Positions 58,656-64,000 of a DNA stretch of 64,000 nt are shown here, piece by piece. Each line of letters begins with the position of its first letter. Within the stretch, counting starts at the first letter, position 1. The DNA comes from a virus (Duplodnaviria; Caudoviricetes). The stretch spans positions 1 to 64,000 of IMG/VR virus record IMGVR_UViG_3300031867_000002. One strand, given 5' to 3'. The translations under genes and the position numbers were made by a program. The notes beneath the pieces are model-generated. The model ran no database searches, was not told where the DNA came from, and saw nothing but the letters and a program-made list of their open reading frames with translations.

Positions 58656-58739
58656 TTTAATTACCTCCTACGGTATTTTATAATATAGTGTGACAAACCA
58701 TTGGTTCATCACATTAATAATATACAGATATAACCTATT

Positions 58740-59960
58740 TTAATAATACTTTCTAGGTCTAGGCTTTACATATATACAATGAAATCTAAATCTTGTTATA
58801 CCAACATAGTTAAGATTTCTATTGATATTCTTATTAAGATATTCTTCTATATAAATACCTTGGTCGAATTCGGCACCTTGAGACATATGTGTGGTAATAG
58901 CATAACCGTATTCAAATTTATTACCTTTAGAGAATCTTGTAGTCATGATAGAATCTCTAATAGCTTTATCGCCGTTAAGATATCTATAATCTACATCTAT
59001 GTCATGAAAGTAATCTGAATTATTGATAAGGTCTGGTTTGAAATCAAGTTTAAATGTCTTATCTATTCTATCAAATACAGACATATCTGGTCTAGATATA
59101 CAACTTCCTAACAATCCATTAGTTAAATTAATACCTCCAGCTTCAACATGCCAATTATTCTTTCTACAAACAAGTCTTTCCCCATAATTAGGAAACTCTC
59201 CATGGAATCCTAACATGTCATGTCTTATGTGATTAATAAACTTATCACGAGTTATATTCTTACCACATATTACTATTCTTGAATTAGCAATCATTTCATC
59301 GGTTAACTGGTCTTCATATATTACATCTACGTTCTTATAACTACCTATAGGAATTTCTCTTCCTTGTATAGCTAATTGAGAGAATGTAATAATAGTATTT
59401 CCCTCAGCTTGTCTCATAATCTCTGTTAAGAAGTGAATAGTATTAGGATTTGTAAGATATCCAGGATTACCAGCAATAGGAGGTAATTGGTCTATATCTC
59501 CCATTGCTATAACTGGTATTCCCATACTATCAATAACTTTTCTCATATCTTCAGGAACCATACCTGCTTCGTCTACAATAATAAGGTCTACGCCTATTAA
59601 TGCTTTCTTAGGCACAAATTCAAGTCTTGTTTTAACTTTATTGAATACTGGGTCTACAATAGGCAACCCATTAATACCAAACATAGGCTTCTCTTCAAAG
59701 TCGTATAACCAAGAAAAAATAGTACTAGCATTTGTCATTCCTTTTGTTCTCATATTAATAGCTGCAGAACCAGTATATGCCATTGGAGCTATTCTACTTC
59801 TATCGATATGAAGAGTGTCAATAATATGATTGACAATCCATGTTTTACCACTTCCAGGTGGTCCAGAAATTTCGAATGTCTGATAATTCCTATGACGCCA
59901 CCATTGGATGGCGTCAAATACAAGTTGGTTTTGTCCGTTGTTCAGCGTTGCATCATTCAT
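58740..59960 (-). CDS. SF1B DNA helicase (Dda/RecD-like)
   Basis: GPPGSGKT, IVDEAGM, GDIDQLPP, LTEIMRQ, YAITTHMSQG, YVGITR. Confidence 0.92.
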   Translation of the reverse strand: MNDATLNNGQNQLVFDAIQWWRHRNYQTFEISGPPGSGKTWIVNHIIDTLHIDRSRIAPMAYTGSAAINMRTKGMTNASTIFSWLYDFEEKPMFGINGLPIVDPVFNKVKTRLEFVPKKALIGVDLIIVDEAGMVPEDMRKVIDSMGIPVIAMGDIDQLPPIAGNPGYLTNPNTIHFLTEIMRQAEGNTIITFSQLAIQGREIPIGSYKNVDVIYEDQLTDEMIANSRIVICGKNITRDKFINHIRHDMLGFHGEFPNYGERLVCRKNNWHVEAGGINLTNGLLGSCISRPDMSVFDRIDKTFKLDFKPDLINNSDYFHDIDVDYRYLNGDKAIRDSIMTTRFSKGNKFEYGYAITTHMSQGAEFDQGIYIEEYLNKNINRNLNYVGITRFRFHCIYVKPRPRKYY

Positions 59961-60469
59961 TACTTTAATACCCCCGATGTTCTTATAAAAGTGATTGCTT
60001 GGTCGAGATAATAAAAATCCTTATAAGGATACTGACATCTTTCCATTTTGTAAATAAGGTCAATCCAACTAGTTGTCTCATTTACAAAACTATTGGATGT
60101 AATATCTCCTCTATTAGTTCTACAAACAGCAAATGATTCATTTGGGCGAATGAGTTCAGCTGTAAGGAAAAATGATGAGATTTCTAATCCAGGATTTTCT
60201 CTCATATAGATATACACGTATCTTTGAAATAGAAAGTTACAGAGCTTTCTATTAAAGAACGGGTCGAATTTAATGATATTATAATCATTAAATGCTGTCT
60301 TAGGATAACAGATAGGTTTATTATCCAATTGTACGAGTGTTCTACTGTCTTGTTCTGTACAGATGTTATTGTTTACTCCGAGTTCGAGTTTAAAGATTAA
60401 ATCATACTCGATTTCATCAATCATCTGTAATGCATTTGTTAAATCAAACTGTTCTTTTTTCTTAGCCAT
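59960..60469 (-). CDS. Hypothetical protein
   Basis: AAAGGAG SD before MAKKKE. Confidence 0.7.
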   Translation of the reverse strand: MAKKKEQFDLTNALQMIDEIEYDLIFKLELGVNNNICTEQDSRTLVQLDNKPICYPKTAFNDYNIIKFDPFFNRKLCNFLFQRYVYIYMRENPGLEISSFFLTAELIRPNESFAVCRTNRGDITSNSFVNETTSWIDLIYKMERCQYPYKDFYYLDQAITFIRTSGVLK

Positions 60470-60545
60470 AATATCGGCTCCTTTACATTTATTTGTCACA
60501 AGTTGAACCTTGTAACACTTTTATAATATACAAATTGAGGGAGGT

Positions 60546-60920
60546 TTGAGTATGTATAAGGACTACTCCAATTATAATTTTGTTCACGAAGCCATATTAT
60601 ATGAAACCATAGACAAATATGAGGAACAAGGTATCAAACATCCTTTTTATATAAAGGCATTAGTACCACTTGAAAAAGAAGCAGGACAAACCATTAATAT
60701 TAACAAGTCTAATGTTTATAATAAAGACTTATCATGGCTATCTACTTATACAATGACTAGCGAGATTACAATAGATTTGTATCTACCTAAATATCTTATG
60801 ATGGATTACCCTAAGAAATACATACCTAAAGGAACTAAATTTTTGGTAGCATTTGTTGGCGGTAATCTAAATAATTGTCAAATTATCGGGAGGTGTTACG
60901 ATGAGTACGAAAATGAGTAG
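60546..60920 (+). CDS. Putative baseplate protein (gp5/GpV OB-fold-like)
   Basis: PKGTKFLVAFVGGNLNNCQIIG; late promoter at 60514. Confidence 0.55.
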   Translation: MSMYKDYSNYNFVHEAILYETIDKYEEQGIKHPFYIKALVPLEKEAGQTININKSNVYNKDLSWLSTYTMTSEITIDLYLPKYLMMDYPKKYIPKGTKFLVAFVGGNLNNCQIIGRCYDEYENE

Positions 60921-61332
60921 TACATTTACTCTAGACCAATTTGCTGACAGTAAATCTTCTAATACAATTTCATATTATAGTATGAGCTTATTAGAAAAAG
61001 ACCCTCAGAATAATATAGAGTATGATGTATTTAATGTAGTATCAGATTATATGAATGAACTAAAAGCTATGGCAAAGGAAGTAACTCTATCTGAATCAGA
61101 GTACTATACGTACAGGTTTAAACCAAAGCTATTAGCAAATTATCTATACGGAAATTGTGAACTTTACTTTATCATTCTTTGGTTAAATGATATGTGGTCT
61201 GTAAAAGACTTTAATCTTAGAACTATTAAACTTATTAAGAATAGTGAACTCGCACAAGCCTTGAGTTCTATAAATGCATCCGAGAGGTCATTTATCAAGG
61301 CTTATAACGAATCCGCACTTGCTAGTTATTAA
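60901..61332 (+). CDS. Putative baseplate wedge protein (T4 gp53-like)
   Basis: KPKLLANYLYGNCELYFIILWLN. Confidence 0.6.
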   Translation: MSTKMSSTFTLDQFADSKSSNTISYYSMSLLEKDPQNNIEYDVFNVVSDYMNELKAMAKEVTLSESEYYTYRFKPKLLANYLYGNCELYFIILWLNDMWSVKDFNLRTIKLIKNSELAQALSSINASERSFIKAYNESALASY

Positions 61333-63463
61333 TAGAATTAATATAATTTAGATATGCTTGTTGGTCAATTCTAGGCACATATACAAACAGACCATTTGAA
61401 GACATATCTTCTTCTTGTTTATATGATTTACTAGGCTCTATGAATTTATCTGTATCTTCCATTTCACCATTCTTTAACATCATGAAGTGTGAGTATAGCA
61501 TATCAAAATCTTTAACATCAAACTTTATACCATATCTTATGCTATAATCATGTGCTAAGCGTTCTTCTTTACTACCACTAGGGTCATAGAGTCTAGTATA
61601 CATATCCGAGTATCTAGAAATACCATTGAGTTGATTAATCATATTACTCATAACATTTCCGAACTCCTTTCTTTTTATTTTTGCTCTGAGTTGTTTCTCT
61701 GGACACATAGCATTAATATTGGTAATGCCATTAATTTTTGTAGGCTGAGTTCTCCAATATACATCATATAACGGTTTAGTTCCATCATCATATAATGCAA
61801 CTGGGTTCTGCTCTTGCGGAACCTCTTCTTTTTGCCCCTCAAGAATAGGAACTCGTTTACTGTTATCAGGAAGCGGTACATTTGTATCTTCTTCACATTC
61901 TACTTTCTTATGAGACAAGTCTAATAAGAATGCTGGTTCATTAGCATTAACATCATTAACCAATTTAATACCATCAATGCTATCATAAGGATGATAAACT
62001 CCATAGCTATAATTGAGAGGTTTGATATTAGGTGTATATCTCTGCTTTACAAGCTGAATAGTCAGATACTTTTCATTTGTACTTTTAACCATAGACGGCA
62101 TGATAATGAAAGCTGCATCAAGATTATTAAGAATAAGCATAGACTCACCTAAATTACTTCTATCAATTGCTCCCAAAAGATTAAGACTACCCTTATTTCT
62201 CAATTCATCAACCTTTTTATTTGCTTCTCTATTCAACTGACCTGCTGTAAGAATCGGAATATCCATAGTAGATGCAATTGTCTTGAATTCATTGATAATT
62301 GAACCGAGTCTAAGACGTTCTTCTGAAGCAGAAAAAGATTCTACAGAACGAATTACATTGATATAGTCAACGATATAACAAATAACCTCGTAGTTATATT
62401 CTGCGAGTTCATCTGCTAATTCATACAGATATGCTGTTGTAACAGTATTACTCGGCTTATACTTGATAATGATATCAATCGGGTTATCATCTGTAACCTT
62501 AAGACCACTTTCTCTCATCATCTTGATGCTATCTTCTGCATCATAATCAATCATTCTACCCTTACCAGTAGACATAGAGAACAAACGAGTGAAAGTTTCT
62601 CTCTTCGTATTTTCAAGTGTCAAGTATACCACAGCAGGCTTCTTGGTGGGGTCTTTTGTTTTATACTTCTTATTGAAATCTTTAATCTGAGTTGCAAAGT
62701 TAAGTAATGTAGTAGACTTACCTTCACCCTGAAGACCAAAGAATCCGTATACACGACCATTCTCAAATCCACCACCGAGAAGACAATTCATTGCATACAT
62801 ACCAGTAGCAAGTCTAGAAGAAGAATTAGAAATATATGCATGTGTATCCTTAGCATAATCTTCAAAGATTCCTTCTCTAAGAGATACGAACTCCTCTTCA
62901 GCTTTATTAACCTTATTGTTTCTAATCATTGTGTTACAAGTAGCAATTTGTTGTTTCCACTGGTCAATAATCTGTTTCTTCTGATAAGAATTAGCATTAT
63001 CAAAATCTTTACCAAAGTTATCAAAAGAATGAATATATGCAGCAAACGAAGCACTATCTAATAAATTAGATACCGTTTCATCTACATAGGTTACATCCTT
63101 ATTAGACATTTCTTGTAGATTAATATTATAACGTCCAGCATGATTTACATCATTAGAAAAGATATAGTCTTTAACTTGTGCTCCATTAACAAGTCCAAAT
63201 CTGATTCTTGCATCGAGTCCAAATCTAATAAAGTCTAATCTTTCAATATCTGATTCAGTCTTATAATCTTCCATATTAATAAGACTAATAAGAGTTTCTA
63301 TATTAGCATATCCTTTAGTTCTGATACTACGGTTATCAGAGATGAGATAAGAACAAATTAAGTCTAATAATACATAGCTAAGTTTCTGAGTTAAAATTCT
63401 AATAGGTTCAGAGCTATGATTTGTATTGATATTATTATATCGTCTTGAAATTTTCATTAGCAA
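61322..63463 (-). CDS. Replicative DnaB-like helicase
   Basis: LATGM..MNCLLGGG, GLQGEGKS, YLTLEN, VDYI, TAGQLNR. Confidence 0.88.
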   Translation of the reverse strand: MLMKISRRYNNINTNHSSEPIRILTQKLSYVLLDLICSYLISDNRSIRTKGYANIETLISLINMEDYKTESDIERLDFIRFGLDARIRFGLVNGAQVKDYIFSNDVNHAGRYNINLQEMSNKDVTYVDETVSNLLDSASFAAYIHSFDNFGKDFDNANSYQKKQIIDQWKQQIATCNTMIRNNKVNKAEEEFVSLREGIFEDYAKDTHAYISNSSSRLATGMYAMNCLLGGGFENGRVYGFFGLQGEGKSTTLLNFATQIKDFNKKYKTKDPTKKPAVVYLTLENTKRETFTRLFSMSTGKGRMIDYDAEDSIKMMRESGLKVTDDNPIDIIIKYKPSNTVTTAYLYELADELAEYNYEVICYIVDYINVIRSVESFSASEERLRLGSIINEFKTIASTMDIPILTAGQLNREANKKVDELRNKGSLNLLGAIDRSNLGESMLILNNLDAAFIIMPSMVKSTNEKYLTIQLVKQRYTPNIKPLNYSYGVYHPYDSIDGIKLVNDVNANEPAFLLDLSHKKVECEEDTNVPLPDNSKRVPILEGQKEEVPQEQNPVALYDDGTKPLYDVYWRTQPTKINGITNINAMCPEKQLRAKIKRKEFGNVMSNMINQLNGISRYSDMYTRLYDPSGSKEERLAHDYSIRYGIKFDVKDFDMLYSHFMMLKNGEMEDTDKFIEPSKSYKQEEDMSSNGLFVYVPRIDQQAYLNYINSINN

Positions 63464-63585
63464 ACAACCTCCCTGTACGTAAGTTCCTTTAAGTGATTGT
63501 TTGCATAGTAGTAGTTTAATACAAAATTCGTCACTCAGAGTACTTATTTCGTAAGCTGATGAAAGAGAGTGAATAAATCACTCTC

Positions 63586-64000
63586 TTATAACGAGCCAAG
63601 AATTTCCATTAGTTCATCTATAGATATAAATGTTTCTCCTTTAGATTGATTTACATATTGGACAAAGATTTCTTGTGGGCTCATATTATTATCTAAGATA
63701 TAACTATACTCAGAGAATTTATCATCATTCTTTTGATTCTCTTGTATAGTTTGTTTAAAACCACTATCATCTATATCAATGATGATATCGGTCTTATTTG
63801 AAAAATACTGTTTTATTACATCAGTTGTAGCATTAACTTCTGAGAATCTAATCTTTATAAAGTCAATACCTTGAGATTTTAAATACAAGATATGTTGTAT
63901 AATATCTTTAGGCTCGCTGTTTAACATATCATCTAAATTGACAGTATCATATCTAAAAGATTCTATAGTTTCAAAGTGTACATAATACTGATGTGATTCT
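63586..64000 (-). CDS. C-terminal part of a gene running off the window (possibly SbcD/Mre11 nuclease)
   Basis: Frame open to the window end (ESHQYYVHFETIESFRYDTVNLDD...); no catalytic motif visible. Confidence 0.4.
   Translation of the reverse strand, partial: ESHQYYVHFETIESFRYDTVNLDDMLNSEPKDIIQHILYLKSQGIDFIKIRFSEVNATTDVIKQYFSNKTDIIIDIDDSGFKQTIQENQKNDDKFSEYSYILDNNMSPQEIFVQYVNQSKGETFISIDELMEILGSL

Noticed and set aside
16734-63463. Introns or inteins in RNAP, helicase, RecA or topoisomerase genes
   Set aside because: Frames are continuous and no intein terminal or LAGLIDADG motifs were seen
63520-63590. CTGATGA followed by a hairpin (hammerhead ribozyme-like)
   Set aside because: No GAAA after the stem and no stems I/III; better explained as a terminator plus a leader hairpin
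1-64000. Alternative genetic code or stop-codon recoding
   Set aside because: Long conserved genes are intact under code 11; TAA, TAG and TGA all end genes; no suppressor tRNA seen

Overview
AT-rich segment of a jumbo myophage of the phiKZ/AR9(PBS1)-like supergroup. Strong GGAGG Shine-Dalgarno (SD) sites suggest a Firmicute host (inference). The standard genetic code is used. Core genes: two split multisubunit RNA polymerase beta subunits (putative virion set 16734-21971 plus 39235-39957; putative non-virion set 27495-29225 plus 33234-35480), RecA/UvsX, DnaB-like helicase, Dda/RecD-like helicase, SbcC, NAD-dependent ligase, type IIA topoisomerase A and B subunits, dCTP deaminase, ThyX, a dTMP-kinase-like enzyme, a tubulin/PhuZ-like GTPase, a T4 gp21-type prohead protease, baseplate proteins, six tRNAs (including tRNA-Ile UAU) and an HNH endonuclease. 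Two phage promoter classes can be read directly: AAC(A/T)-N6-TA (AR9 late-like, more than 20 copies), and TATATAT(T/A)AT followed by a 5' stem-loop (early-like, about 15 copies). The most notable unexplained structure is non-coding: a dispersed family of short units and tRNA trailers that expose the reverse complement of an SD (often with a start codon) just before a terminator hairpin. Also present are three larger structured RNA candidates, a TACGYA motif next to the SD of DNA-metabolism genes, a tandemly duplicated promoter-gene-terminator cassette carrying different cargo genes, and virion proteins whose enzyme domains are delimited by putative (I/L/V)xE protease sites. All calls come from reading motifs by eye; no searches or folding programs were run.
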